A stretch of DNA of 64,000 nt from Spirochaetia bacterium. Lineage in GTDB: Bacteria; Spirochaetota; Spirochaetia; SZUA-6; Bin103. Each line of letters begins with the position of its first letter. Within the stretch, counting starts at the first letter, position 1. The stretch is taken from the NCBI GenBank assembly GCA_965198005.1, contig CBDAOI010000004.1, forward strand, positions 992,001-1,056,000. Reading direction: 5' to 3'. The position numbers and the translations under genes are program-made. The notes under the pieces are model-generated. The model did not search any database. It was not told where the DNA came from and saw nothing but the letters and a program-made list of their open reading frames with translations. Below, piece after piece: positions 20,485 through 30,873 of the stretch.

Positions 20485-21522
20485 GTGATTTCAAGGCCGT
20501 ACGGGAACATGATCGCGCTTTCGAACTGTCACAGATGCCGACTCCGGCATACCGCAGCCGCGGTCCTATTGGCGCTCCTACTCGTGGCCGGGTGCTCAAC
20601 GCTTCCCGACATCACACCCTACGCCACGGTTACTTCGGAAGTGGATAGTGCGGTCAACGATTTTCATGATTTGGTTGTCGCTGACTTGAAAGGTATTTCC
20701 GCACATGCGCGGTCGTTCACGGAGAACGAAGGACAGCTCTACGACACCCAAGCTCTTGATGATGCAATTGTCGCATTCTCCGTGGAATGGAAGAAGCGAA
20801 GGGCCGTGACCGAGGCGATGGTGACGTACTCGAATTCGCTTGCCACCATCGTCCAAGAGGGAAAGTCGGGTGCCGAGAGCGTACGTGAACTAGCGAAAGC
20901 CGCGGGGGGGTTCCTCAAGGTAGTGCCCAACCTATCGAGTATTCCGGAGAACGTCATCGACGTCGTTGCGTTCTTGAAGGGCCAACTCGACGCGATCGAA
21001 GCTAACGAGAAGCTCTACGATGCCGTTGATGATGCGCAACCGATTGTGGATCAGATTGCGGATATCCTGATAGACGATTTCGACATCGTAGCCGACAGAC
21101 TCGGCACTATCGCACCAACGGCCCAATTGCTTATTGCCATGGAGTATGGTGGCTTACCTGCTTTTCACGAGAAACAGTTGCGTCGACAGAAAGAGGTGGT
21201 GAACCGGATAATCGCCGCAGACGACACTGGCGCTGACACAGCCGATGACGTCAAGCTGCTACAAGAAATCGGAACGATTATCGCTGCGACGGAGTTGTCG
21301 TACAGGGACTACTCCGAGGCTGACCAACGTGTAGAGAGGCGGGCTGAGCTTGAAGTCCTTGCCGTGGAACGAGCGAAGGAGGCCGTGAGACAGTGGCAGC
21401 AACTACATCACGAACTGGTCGCGAACCTGCGGGACCAGACCGAGCCGTCGGTGGCATCATTCAGGGACACGGCCGCAGAACTCAGGGAGATCGTTGAGCA
21501 TCTGCAGGAGGACGCCGGATGA
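20485..21522 (+). CDS. Alpha-helical lipoprotein of unknown function
   Basis: Lipobox LLVAGC; predominantly helical/coiled-coil composition. Confidence 0.8.
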   Translation: MISRPYGNMIALSNCHRCRLRHTAAAVLLALLLVAGCSTLPDITPYATVTSEVDSAVNDFHDLVVADLKGISAHARSFTENEGQLYDTQALDDAIVAFSVEWKKRRAVTEAMVTYSNSLATIVQEGKSGAESVRELAKAAGGFLKVVPNLSSIPENVIDVVAFLKGQLDAIEANEKLYDAVDDAQPIVDQIADILIDDFDIVADRLGTIAPTAQLLIAMEYGGLPAFHEKQLRRQKEVVNRIIAADDTGADTADDVKLLQEIGTIIAATELSYRDYSEADQRVERRAELEVLAVERAKEAVRQWQQLHHELVANLRDQTEPSVASFRDTAAELREIVEHLQEDAG

Positions 21523-22022
21523 ATTGGGACACGATCGAGGGGGTCGACGGTTGGGCTCGCGCATTGGACGAGATCCTGAGCCGCCTACAGGGGGCGCTGG
21601 AAGCCCGCAACGGCACAAGCAGGGACTTGGCCTTGAAGGAGTTGAGAGGCTTTGTGAAGTACTCGCCGAATTCCTTCGCACAACCGCTGGACAAACTTGC
21701 CGTGAAGGTGGCGCTGGAGGTAGTAGCCACCACGTGGGAGGAGGCAAGTGACAAGCTGAAGGCCCGTTCCATGGATCTGGAGGCACTTACGAAGACGCTG
21801 AACGCGCAAGCCGCGGAGAACCGTAAGGCTGCCGCGTCCGCCCGCGTTACCAAGGCCAAGGATGTCATCGTGAAGTCCTCGGCGGCTATCGAGGCGTTTC
21901 TCAACTTGAGGGAGGCTCTCGAGCAGAACGGCGCGGAGGACATACTGGACATCCTCGGAAAGATCGACGCTGCGGTGGTCGCGGTGCGCGACGTCAGGAA
22001 GGCACTGAACAACGAAGCATGA
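21519..22022 (+). CDS. Alpha-helical protein of unknown function
   Basis: ATGA overlap with the upstream stop; plausible RBS (aggagg); helical composition. Confidence 0.8.
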   Translation: MNWDTIEGVDGWARALDEILSRLQGALEARNGTSRDLALKELRGFVKYSPNSFAQPLDKLAVKVALEVVATTWEEASDKLKARSMDLEALTKTLNAQAAENRKAAASARVTKAKDVIVKSSAAIEAFLNLREALEQNGAEDILDILGKIDAAVVAVRDVRKALNNEA

Positions 22023-22145
22023 GGTCGGTAGTGTCGAGCCCCTCCGGGACTGCGTGGGCGATGAGGTTCAGAAACGCTGCGGAACTCGATGCCGCGGTGG
22101 CGCCGGCAGCACTTGACGAGGAGTTCATCGCCGAGGCGACCGACC
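22019..22145 (+). pseudogene. Truncated fourth gene of the cluster
   Basis: ATGA overlap start; coding-like for ~42 codons, then low-complexity sequence from ~22145. Confidence 0.4.
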
Positions 22146-22643
22146 TGAGCCGCAGGCCACGCAGTCGGGTCAGACCGCCCCACCTGTGGCACTCGCACCT
22201 TCGTCCCGCTCGCCGGGTTCACGTCGCCGGCAACGCACACAAACACCGCGCCGCGTATCGGGTCCGACCGTCGCCCCGCACCCCCACCACAGCCCCGTCC
22301 GGGCCCGGCTCCGCGTCCAGGCGGCCGTGCTCGGTGCCAAGGCGCCGGCTCCCGGTGCACTTCAGGCCCATTGCTGCGCTCCCGCAGCTCGGAATCGCCC
22401 GCCGCCCGCTCAAGACCACGCCGGCCCCAGGCAACGCAATAACCGCTGGGCCGGACGGACTGACAGAAACCGCACGCGAACGTTGACGAACCACCCCCTC
22501 ACGGGTTGCTTTGGTGTACGTCACGTACGAACAGCCGGTGGCGGCTCGCACGCCGAGCGGCCCGACGCTGCCAAGGCGGCAGTCCGTCGCCGTGACGCGG
22601 CTGCCTGCGCACACGCCAGCCGAGGAGAAAGGAGAAAGAAGCA

Positions 22644-23489
22644 ATGCTGAACAAGTGGATTGCCCCCCTGATAGTAGTCGCCGTGCTCGTTCTCGCGTCT
22701 TGCAACGACATGGACGGCGACGGCGAGGATGACACCTCACGGGAAACGGCACGCCGCTCCGCAATGGAGCCCAATGACCCGGAGCCGAAGACTGATTCTC
22801 CCCCGCCCCGCGAACCTGTGCCCCCACGGACCCAGGACGTCACGCCGGAGCCTCCGAGCTTCACGGGGCTGGTCGGCAGTTGGCGGTTCATCGACGATAG
22901 CTTCGACAAGATGGAAGATACGTACGATGATCAGCCAGGGGACGAGCCGACGCACGACACACTGACTTTCGGCAGCGACGAGAGCTTCATGCGTGTAGAA
23001 AAACGGTATGCGTATGCCTCCGCTGCAATGGTACCACATCCCTATCCCGAAGATGACAGCCCTGAACCTGAGCCTGTCACGGGTGCTTGGTTGGAGCTTC
23101 CGGATTCGTTGTTCACCTTGGAAGGCGCCAAGTACGAGGTGAAGGAGCAAGTGGATGACCAGTCCGTAAGCCAAGTGACCATAACGAGAGTTACCACAGA
23201 AGAGGCCCCAGGGGGGGGTGCCGAGGTGAAGGCGTCTGTGACGTGCGACTTCGAGATTGTCGCAACGCACCATACGCCGCCAATACGCTATCTCACCTTG
23301 GCGAATTGCAAGGGCGACGCCGACGTGAAGGTTCCGCCTGGCGCCGACGTGATGGAAGACCCAGGCCCGTTCGCACTCTTGGCCAAGGGTGTGCCTAACG
23401 GAGCCAGTAGTCGGGACGTGAAGGTCTCAACGGATGGTCTCAGCTATAATCCGAGCTACAGCTATAGATTCGAATATCCAAGTGAATAA
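22644..23489 (+). CDS. Lipoprotein with predicted lipocalin-like beta domain
   Basis: RBS aggag, lipobox LASC, Pro/Asp-rich linker, LVGSW motif; paralogue at 57533-58159. Confidence 0.8.
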   Translation: MLNKWIAPLIVVAVLVLASCNDMDGDGEDDTSRETARRSAMEPNDPEPKTDSPPPREPVPPRTQDVTPEPPSFTGLVGSWRFIDDSFDKMEDTYDDQPGDEPTHDTLTFGSDESFMRVEKRYAYASAAMVPHPYPEDDSPEPEPVTGAWLELPDSLFTLEGAKYEVKEQVDDQSVSQVTITRVTTEEAPGGGAEVKASVTCDFEIVATHHTPPIRYLTLANCKGDADVKVPPGADVMEDPGPFALLAKGVPNGASSRDVKVSTDGLSYNPSYSYRFEYPSE

Positions 23490-23600
23490 CTAAACGGGCC
23501 GGTATCAGGGTGGATGGAGTGCTCGATAGAGTACAGGAGGCGACGGCGACCAGAGCCGCCGCGCGGCGGCCCTGTTTCGACCGAACACCCGGTATGCCGC

Positions 23601-24640
23601 TTACTCCAGCAACGCCTTCAACAGGGCGTCCGGCGTGTCCGAGTAGAACTGCACGTTGACCCTCGTTGCCATTTCGTCTGACAGCTCGAAGAGCTGCTTG
23701 CGAGCCGATACCGGGATCAGCACGGTATCCGCGCTCTTCTCGACCGCGGCTTCCACGATGCCGACGGCGTTTGCCAGTTGCTCGACCGATCCGCCGAGGT
23801 TCAGGGCCCCGACCACGATCAAGCCGCCCTTCAGGCTCTTCTCGAGGAGGGCTCCGCAGAGGGCAAGGAGAACCGGAAGGCCCAGTGACTCCCCTGCGCG
23901 GTCGTTGTCCATGGCCCGCAGTTGTACCGAGAACTCCCGGGAGCGCGGCTCGCGGTCGCCCACCAGCTCCCGCGCCCGCGTGTAGAGGTTCTGTTCCGCG
24001 TACCTGGTGCTTTCGCGGAACGCCGGCGGCACGGGCGCGTTAAGAATCTTGACGCCACTGCCGGGACCGGCCGCAGCCTCGATGCGGTAGAGTGAGGGAC
24101 CGGTCTCGGGGCCGCCGGGGCCGATGCCCCAAACCTGACCCGGTGGCAACGGATCCGGATCGATGGCGTCATCGCTGCGCAACTCGGGCGTGGCGACGAA
24201 CTTCTCGATACCGTCTTCGCCCATCGCGTAGCTGAAGTGGGTATTGCGGAACTCGCTCTTGAATACCCGTTTCTGCTGTTCCTTCACCCGACGGCGCACT
24301 TCGAGGCCGATGCGCACGAGCTCCTCCAGATCCTCATCCGGCACTTCCATCGCGGGATCCGGGTACAGCAGCTTGAGCAGGCCGCTCACGGTCTTGTTGA
24401 CCGCCGTGATGTCTCGTCCGCTACGATCCATGAACGCCGTGTCGTCGCGCATGTCGGCCGACAGGGGACTGAACAGGTGGCCAACGCGTTGCTGCTGCTC
24501 GACGTCAACGTCGAGGTTGCCGACCATGGCCACGCCGCCCTCGGCGCGGATGCTCTCCTTGCCGCGCGAGAACTCACCGGACTCCATGTAGCCCTTGAGG
24601 ATGTTCACGCCGTCCTTCTGGTCGAAGGAGACCTCCGGCC
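23601..24640 (-). pseudogene. brxL: BREX Lon-like protease BrxL, 5'-truncated and internally deleted
   Basis: DGVNILKGYMESGEFSRGKE, SGRDITAVNKTVSGLLKL, RRRVKEQQ and a Lon C-terminal domain. Confidence 0.85.
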
Positions 24641-24644
24641 GCGT

Positions 24645-24805
24645 ATGATCCGTCGACGCTCGCTCGGCGATCTCGCGGTCGGATCGCTCCGGAGAACGGC
24701 AGCCGGTGGATCCGTATCGTTCGGGTTGTGCCGCGCCGCGGCTGCAAGGGATACCGCCAAGGCCTCGATCACGGTGGCGGCCGATTGATCGTCGGGACCG
24801 ATCAC
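24645..24805 (-). pseudogene. pglZ: N-terminal stub of BREX PglZ (type B-like) fused by deletion to brxL
   Basis: TVIEALAVSLAAAARHNPNDTDPPAAVL resembles PglZ-B N-termini; located immediately upstream of brxL. Confidence 0.55.
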
Positions 24806-25640
24806 GCAGAACCTGCCCGCTCGGCAGTCGCCGCGTAGATCGTGAGATGCAGCTCGGCGTCGTCAATGAGCCGATACTGCGCCTCCTTCCCCGACAAGCG
24901 CAGGCTGTTGTCCAGATCACGGGAACTCCTTCGCCGCGCCTGTCCATGATATTGGTGCGATCGGTAACGAGCCAGGGTTCGTCCGCAGCGGCGCACTTGC
25001 CGAGCAGGCTGCACACCGCCTCGTTCCGAGCCGATTGCCGATAGCGGAGGCTGTCGATGGCCAACGTATTCGCAATGCTCCGGGCGAATAGATCTCCAGG
25101 CGATTCTCGAACAGCCGCAGTCGAATCTTGGACCCGTACACGAAGTAATCCCTATGGGCGACGGCATTCGCCACGGCCTCGAATACCGCGGCCATGTCGT
25201 ACTGAGGACGATCGGCTCGGCCCATCGTCTTGAAGGCCGCGGTCGTCATGTTCTTGGCGACGAAGCGGCGGGCTTCGACGATCTGCCGGTCCAGCGGTCC
25301 CGACAGGTCTGCAGCGTCGAGCTGATACGGGGCTTCACCCGAGCCGGCGCGGATCTCATCACCCCGGTAGCCGACCGCTTGCACGTAGGCGTTGGGGAAG
25401 CCAGCGGCGGGGATCATCGCTCCCGATCAGCACGCCGGCGACCGTCGGCCGCAGTGTTCCTTCTTCCGCCGAGCCCACGATTCGCAGCTTGCGGAGAAAC
25501 GTCTCTCGATCATCATCGGAACGTGGTGTCCGAAACCGCTGGGTGTAAGTCTCAAATTGACCAGTCAGGCGGCCCGACCGTGTGCCAACTCGATCTCGTT
25601 ATCCGGTCCCCAAGAGCAACGACTACGCCGCGTCGAAGCG
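24802..25640 (-). pseudogene. AlbA/RecG-C (HATPase_c_4)-type ATP-binding protein, frameshifted
   Basis: RPTVAGVL, FEAVANAVAHRDY, RLEIYSPGAL and MDRRGEGV spread over several frames. Confidence 0.8.
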
Positions 25641-25833
25641 ATCACTCTGCACCCATCCCCGTAACGTCAGAATCGCTTGCCCACCGGCCTCTCGCCAGCG
25701 CATCCCCGAGCGCTTCATGCGTTCGGTGACCAGCGTCTTGCACGCTGCCTCGATCACTTATGCGAACTGACGTTTCCCCTCCCCAGGGGACGATGTGGTC
25801 ACCATGTCGTAACCGACGGGGAGGACAGCGCGC

Positions 25834-26015
25834 ATGGGACGCCACCCAACCGCCCGCGGAAGTTCGAGCGCGAGATCGAACACCACCGGCGGCTGTATGA
25901 GCACCGGGAGCTGAGCCGGGTCACTGACAACTGGATCTTCTACTGGCGGTTCCTGGCCCACCTGCAGGACCGGGACTACCGCCCGCGCACCGTGCAGCGC
26001 TACCACCAGATGCTG
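25834..26015 (+). pseudogene. Possible tyrosine-recombinase N-terminal (SAM-like) fragment
   Basis: RFLAHLQDRDYRPRTVQRY. Confidence 0.35.
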
Positions 26016-26094
26016 CGCCCTACCCCTCGGACGGCTAGGCGGCTAGCGCCATCGAGCAAGCGTACGGCGTCGTGTTGTAGTGTGCCGCGAGCGG

Positions 26095-26462
26095 CGCCGC
26101 ATCTGGGACCAGCATCACGTGGGCGGTCATCCGCCACGCGACGGCGACTTCGTGGCCCTGATTCGCCGGTTCCACGCCGAGCATCCGCGGCTGATGAGCG
26201 AACGGGACGCCGTGGCCTCCCTGATCGGTCCGTTCATAGCGGGCATGGATACCGCGGCCAGCGCCACGTCCCTGCTGCTGTTCCACGTCCTGCGCGACCC
26301 GGCTTCCTGACCGGCATCGTCGCCGTGTGGTGCGCTGGCGAGGCCAGTCGGGCCAGTCGGCTGAAACCTTGACCCAGGACCACTGGTGCCGCGAACAGCG
26401 CCGCGCGGCCGCCCGTGGATCTGCGCCGCGCCGGCTGGCCGATCAGAAACCAGGGCACGACG
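26095..26462 (+). pseudogene. Deleted second copy of the P450 gene plus C1 peptidase stub
   Basis: 26095-26302 is near-identical to ~14085-14291 and jumps to the P450 stop (ttcctgaccggc); then DLRRAGWPIRNQGTT. Confidence 0.85.
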
Positions 26463-26561
26463 AGCTGCAGATGTTGCGGCATTCGCCGAGCCTGCGGGCC
26501 AGCCAGAACGACGATCGGCGACGGTTGGCCGTTCCGGCGGAAGCTGCTACGGTGCTGCGTC

Positions 26562-27022
26562 GTGGAACTGCGCAAACTCTGCATCGAGCGGTACAAGGGT
26601 TACGCACAGCGGTCGGAGGTGGAGTTGGCCCCTCTGACCATCCTGGTGGGCCCGAACAACTCGGGCAAGACGGCCCTGGCTCAGACCATCCAGCGCGCCG
26701 CTCGTGCGAATGGATAAGTCGTGTATTCATCGAGATTGACCCACGCGTGGCGAACGATCCGACTGCTCACCTGTTGCTGGATCGCATTCTGCACAAGATC
26801 GACGACGGCTGGCACGTGTGGGACACAACCCACCAGGCAGTTCTGGACGAGATGGAGGACACGTCCTGGATTCGTCACAGCGCCCAGCGGGTGCGCGATC
26901 TGCTGGTCGCATCGGTCCGGCGCGACGCCTGGAGCCGCTCGCCGCACGGAAGGTCGGTGCGGGTGACGGCTAACCCGAATAACGCCGACGAGCTCACGCC
27001 CGGGGAAGCTGACACCGACTGA
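26562..27022 (+). pseudogene. Remnant of an ABC-ATPase N-terminus fused to a partner-gene fragment
   Basis: LCIERYKGY..LAPLTILVGPNNSGKT Walker A, ending abruptly and followed by an unrelated coding stub. Confidence 0.65.
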
Positions 27023-27050
27023 GCCCCGAGCGAACCTACAGGAGAAGCCA

Positions 27051-29471
27051 ATGCTGACGACAATCGGATCCTCACCGACGCTGATGGTGATGGCTCGGGT
27101 TATCGCGCTGTCGATGCTGATGGTTCTCAGCGGGTGCTTGGAGGTAAGGAGCGCAGTCAAGACGGAATCGGTACCAGCCGTCCGGGCAAGTCCTGAGGCC
27201 GCGCCGCCGAGAATACCGCCGCCGCAGGTGCTGCCGACACCGCCCCCACCGCCACCGCCACCGCCGAGACCGGACTTCCCCCTACCGCCTGACGTGTGCG
27301 TGCCAACGCACGATGGGGCTTGCGCCGGTGCTTCGTATCTCTATTACGAGGGCGAGAGCCTTGCCCGGGAATACCGCGAGCATAGAAACTTCCGGACTCA
27401 GTGGGGGCTGCGCTCCATACGGGCGGACTATGCCTACGGTCACCTGAACATCATCATGGGCGAGGCGGTGAAACCGGGGGCCGGCGTCACCATCGGGTTC
27501 CTCGACAGCGGCATCGACCAGGACCACAGAGATTTCTCGGGAAAGACGCTGACCGAGCAATTCCTGTTCGGGGCAACCGATGAGAAGACCTTCACCAACC
27601 GCGAGTATTCGCACGGCACGGCCGTGGCGAGCGTGGCCGCGGCCGCCCAGTCGCTGTTTCTCGATTCCGCACACGGCGTGGCCTGGGGCGCCGACATCGC
27701 CATGTTCGCGATTCCATCCGGCCTCGGCGACCGAGTATACGTTCCCATAACGCTTGAGGGGCTTGCCGGGAATGACGCCGACGTAGCGAGCATGTTCAAT
27801 CACGTGCTGGCTTGGCGTAGCGGCCAGCGGAAGGTCGACGTCCTGAACGTGAGCGTCGGCTACGAGGGCATCATCGACAACTACAGCGAGCAGGAGCTGC
27901 GCGACAACTTCGCAACGGCAATCGCCGCGATGGCTCAGCAAGACGCCACGGAAAAGACCATTCTGGTCTGGGCCGCGGGCAACGCGCACGGAGACTACTG
28001 CGATCCATCGGTGACGGATAATTGTGAGAATTACGGGATCGATGCAGTTTCTGTCGAAGTGCTGCCGGGTCTTGCCGCCCGCATCGACGAACTCCAGGGG
28101 CATTCCATCGCCGTCGTAGCCTTGCGCCGGGACGGGCAGATCGCCGACTGGTCCAACCGCTGCGGCATCGCCTCCGGGCATTGCATCGCAGCCCCCGGTG
28201 AGGAAGTCCGAGGAGCGTTCTTCGGAAATCCTCTCCTTTCTACCGAAACTGTCCGAAGCTACGCTGATTTCAGCGGAACGTCGTTTGCGGCGCCCATGGT
28301 TGCCGGCGGGCTGGCGCTGATGAAGCAGCTTTTTCGGGATCAACTCTCGAACACCGAGCTGGTGACACGGCTGTACGCAACCGCCAACAACAGCGGCCGT
28401 TACGCCAACCAGGAGGTCTACGGGAGCGGCGCGATGGATCTGCGCGCGGCAACCTGGCCCGTGGGAGTGCTGGACGTGCCGGTCGGCAGCAACCGTGGCG
28501 GCAACGTCGGCACTGCTCTGCTGGCGACCAGGCTCCACGTTGGCGAGGCGTTCGGCGACGGGCCGGAGCGATCCCTCGCCGACCACGAGATCGCGGCCTT
28601 CGATGCTTTGGGCGCTCCGTTCTGGTTCGACCTGGGCGAGTTCGCGACTGCCGCGGCGGCTGGCAGCATGACCGCGGACTTCCACCACTTCATCGCGCCG
28701 CTGGCCGTAGCGGGCGCCAGTCCTCCGGTCGGCGGTTTACGTTGGCAGCTCGGCTTTCCGGAAACTCCCGCCGGTGCGGAAGGCGGCCACCTTGCCCTCG
28801 CCGAGAACGCCATGACCCTGACCGTGACCGACCGGCATACCCTGACCGGCACGGCCTACACGACCGAAGGGATCTCCGAGCGGGCACCGACGTCGGGCGC
28901 GGCTCTTTCGTGGCAACCGTCCGGCTCTCCGCTGGGCCTTCAAGTCGGCTGGATGCACGAGCGGGCAACCCTGCTCGGCAGCTCGGCACGGGGAGCCTTC
29001 GGCACCTTCGCGTCCGACGCCGCCTTCGTCGGCGTAACGGCCGAAGCGGACTTCGGCGGATGGCAGATCAGCGCCGACGCCGAGTTCGGAGCCGTCGACC
29101 CGGAGCCTCGAGACGGGCTCATCAGCCGGGTCTCGCCTCTGACCACCAGCGCCGTCACGTTGCAGGCGAGCAGGTCGCTTGCCAACGACGGCACGCTACG
29201 GCTGTCCGTCTCGCAACCACTGCGGGTCGAGACCGGCCGCGCTACGCTCAACCTGCCGACCGGCCGTACCAGGGCGGGCGCCGTGGTTCGGAGCCTGGTC
29301 TCAGCCGAGCTCACGCCCAGCGGGCGCCAATTCAACCTGGCCGCAGAATGGCAGCAACCACTTCCCGTGGGTGAGCTGCGCCTCGGGGCCGTGGTGACCC
29401 ACCAACCCGGCCACCGCGCGGCCGCGGAGCCGGAACTGACCGTGCTGTCGGGCTGGCGCTGGTCATTCTGA
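27051..29471 (+). CDS. S8 subtilisin-like serine protease with lipoprotein signal and C-terminal beta-barrel-like domain
   Basis: Triad FLDSG, HGTAVA, GTSFAAP; AAGN oxyanion motif; LSGC lipobox; Pro linker; ends WRWSF. Confidence 0.92.
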   Translation: MLTTIGSSPTLMVMARVIALSMLMVLSGCLEVRSAVKTESVPAVRASPEAAPPRIPPPQVLPTPPPPPPPPPRPDFPLPPDVCVPTHDGACAGASYLYYEGESLAREYREHRNFRTQWGLRSIRADYAYGHLNIIMGEAVKPGAGVTIGFLDSGIDQDHRDFSGKTLTEQFLFGATDEKTFTNREYSHGTAVASVAAAAQSLFLDSAHGVAWGADIAMFAIPSGLGDRVYVPITLEGLAGNDADVASMFNHVLAWRSGQRKVDVLNVSVGYEGIIDNYSEQELRDNFATAIAAMAQQDATEKTILVWAAGNAHGDYCDPSVTDNCENYGIDAVSVEVLPGLAARIDELQGHSIAVVALRRDGQIADWSNRCGIASGHCIAAPGEEVRGAFFGNPLLSTETVRSYADFSGTSFAAPMVAGGLALMKQLFRDQLSNTELVTRLYATANNSGRYANQEVYGSGAMDLRAATWPVGVLDVPVGSNRGGNVGTALLATRLHVGEAFGDGPERSLADHEIAAFDALGAPFWFDLGEFATAAAAGSMTADFHHFIAPLAVAGASPPVGGLRWQLGFPETPAGAEGGHLALAENAMTLTVTDRHTLTGTAYTTEGISERAPTSGAALSWQPSGSPLGLQVGWMHERATLLGSSARGAFGTFASDAAFVGVTAEADFGGWQISADAEFGAVDPEPRDGLISRVSPLTTSAVTLQASRSLANDGTLRLSVSQPLRVETGRATLNLPTGRTRAGAVVRSLVSAELTPSGRQFNLAAEWQQPLPVGELRLGAVVTHQPGHRAAAEPELTVLSGWRWSF

Positions 29472-29701
29472 TACCGCCAGCGTGACGCCATCGGCCGTGA
29501 CGCCGAAGACGATGAAGACCGATGCACGCGGGTCGCCGGCAGGTGCAGGCGAAAGCCATTCGTGCTACCTTGGGCGCCGTCATGCACGGCGATACCCGCG
29601 AAGCCCCCAAGGGCGTAACCAGACAGTGCGCTGAGGTCCCCTGCCAACCGGTCGCAGCCGGCACCGCGACCGGCGCCACGAGGTATACACTGGCGCGCAG
29701 T

Positions 29702-30724
29702 ATGAAGTACGAACGGGAGCAACTCGGAGACGGTTTCTCGGTACCCTGCGCCCGCCTGTGTCTGGCCGCCAATGGCAGACCGTCGGTTGCCCGTGGGCTG
29801 GCCGCGCAGATCTTCCGGCTCGTGGATACCGAGGGCGCGCTGCTCATTCGGGGTACCGGTTTGCGCAGCCCGCACGAGTTCGCCGCGTTCCTCGAGGCGA
29901 TCGAGTTCCAACCACATTCCTACGTCGGCGGCACCACCCCGCGCACCGAGTACGCCGCCGGAGTGTACACGGCGACCGACCTGCCGCCCGACAGGCGTAT
30001 CCTGCTGCATCAGGAGATGGCGTACCTGGATGACGTGCCCGACTACGTGGTGTTCTACTGTCAGGAGCCGCCGGAGCACGGCCAGAAGACCAATCTGATC
30101 GGCGACATGCGGGCGTTTACGGAGAAGCTGCCCGAGAGCTTCAAACGGAGGTTCCGCGGCAAGCGTGCCCGCCTGCGCCGCAGGTTGCCGGCGGCAGGCG
30201 GGAGTAACGGGGCCTACACCGACAGGAAGAGTTGGCAGGAGTCGCTTGGCACCGACGATCGACGGGAAGCCGAGAGGATCGGACGGCAACGCGGCTGGGA
30301 GTTGGCCTGGACCGACGACGACTGCCTGGAAATCATGCAGGAGCCGGCCCGCTTCTTCAGGTCACACCCGATCCACGGTGAGCTGTGGTGCACGCAGGCG
30401 ATGGTCTTTCAGCCGGAATCGTCGCGCCTGATTGCGGAACGGGACGGCAGCACGGCCGATACCGAGCGATTGGCGAGCACGATGGCCAACCGTATGATCA
30501 TGGAAGACGGCACGCTCATTTCCGTCGAGGAATGCAGGACGTGGTTCAAGCTTGTCTGCGACTTGGAAACGCCCTACGCCCTGGGGCGCGGCGAGGTGAT
30601 CATCCTCGACAACATGCTGACCGCGCACGGGCGGTCCACGTTCACCGGCTCGCGACGGTTGTTCGCCGCCCTCGGCGACCGGCCGGGCACGGCTCACGCT
30701 ACCGCCGGCGTGAACGGTCGCTGA
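29702..30724 (+). CDS. TauD/TfdA (SyrP-like) Fe/2-oxoglutarate dioxygenase
   Basis: LHQEMAY and LDNMLTAHGR..F.G.RRL motifs. Confidence 0.9.
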   Translation: MKYEREQLGDGFSVPCARLCLAANGRPSVARGLAAQIFRLVDTEGALLIRGTGLRSPHEFAAFLEAIEFQPHSYVGGTTPRTEYAAGVYTATDLPPDRRILLHQEMAYLDDVPDYVVFYCQEPPEHGQKTNLIGDMRAFTEKLPESFKRRFRGKRARLRRRLPAAGGSNGAYTDRKSWQESLGTDDRREAERIGRQRGWELAWTDDDCLEIMQEPARFFRSHPIHGELWCTQAMVFQPESSRLIAERDGSTADTERLASTMANRMIMEDGTLISVEECRTWFKLVCDLETPYALGRGEVIILDNMLTAHGRSTFTGSRRLFAALGDRPGTAHATAGVNGR

Positions 30725-30873
30725 TCCAAGTCCAATCGGCCAGTCGGCTGGAACTTGACCCGGGGCCACGGGCACTCTCCGGCACTACATGGCCGCCTCA
30801 CCCTCCGCCACCAAGCGGACTGTCACGTTCCAGGTAGCCGAGCTGTTTCCAGCCCAGGGCGAGTGGGCGGAGA
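30056..30873 (+). repeat. ~820-bp direct repeat, copy A (tauD-like 3' part plus Uma2 5' stub)
   Basis: Near-identical to 50086-50908. Confidence 0.95.

Noticed and set aside
23601-25064. 487-aa ORF as a novel fusion protein
   Set aside because: Chance read-through across three pseudogene fragments.
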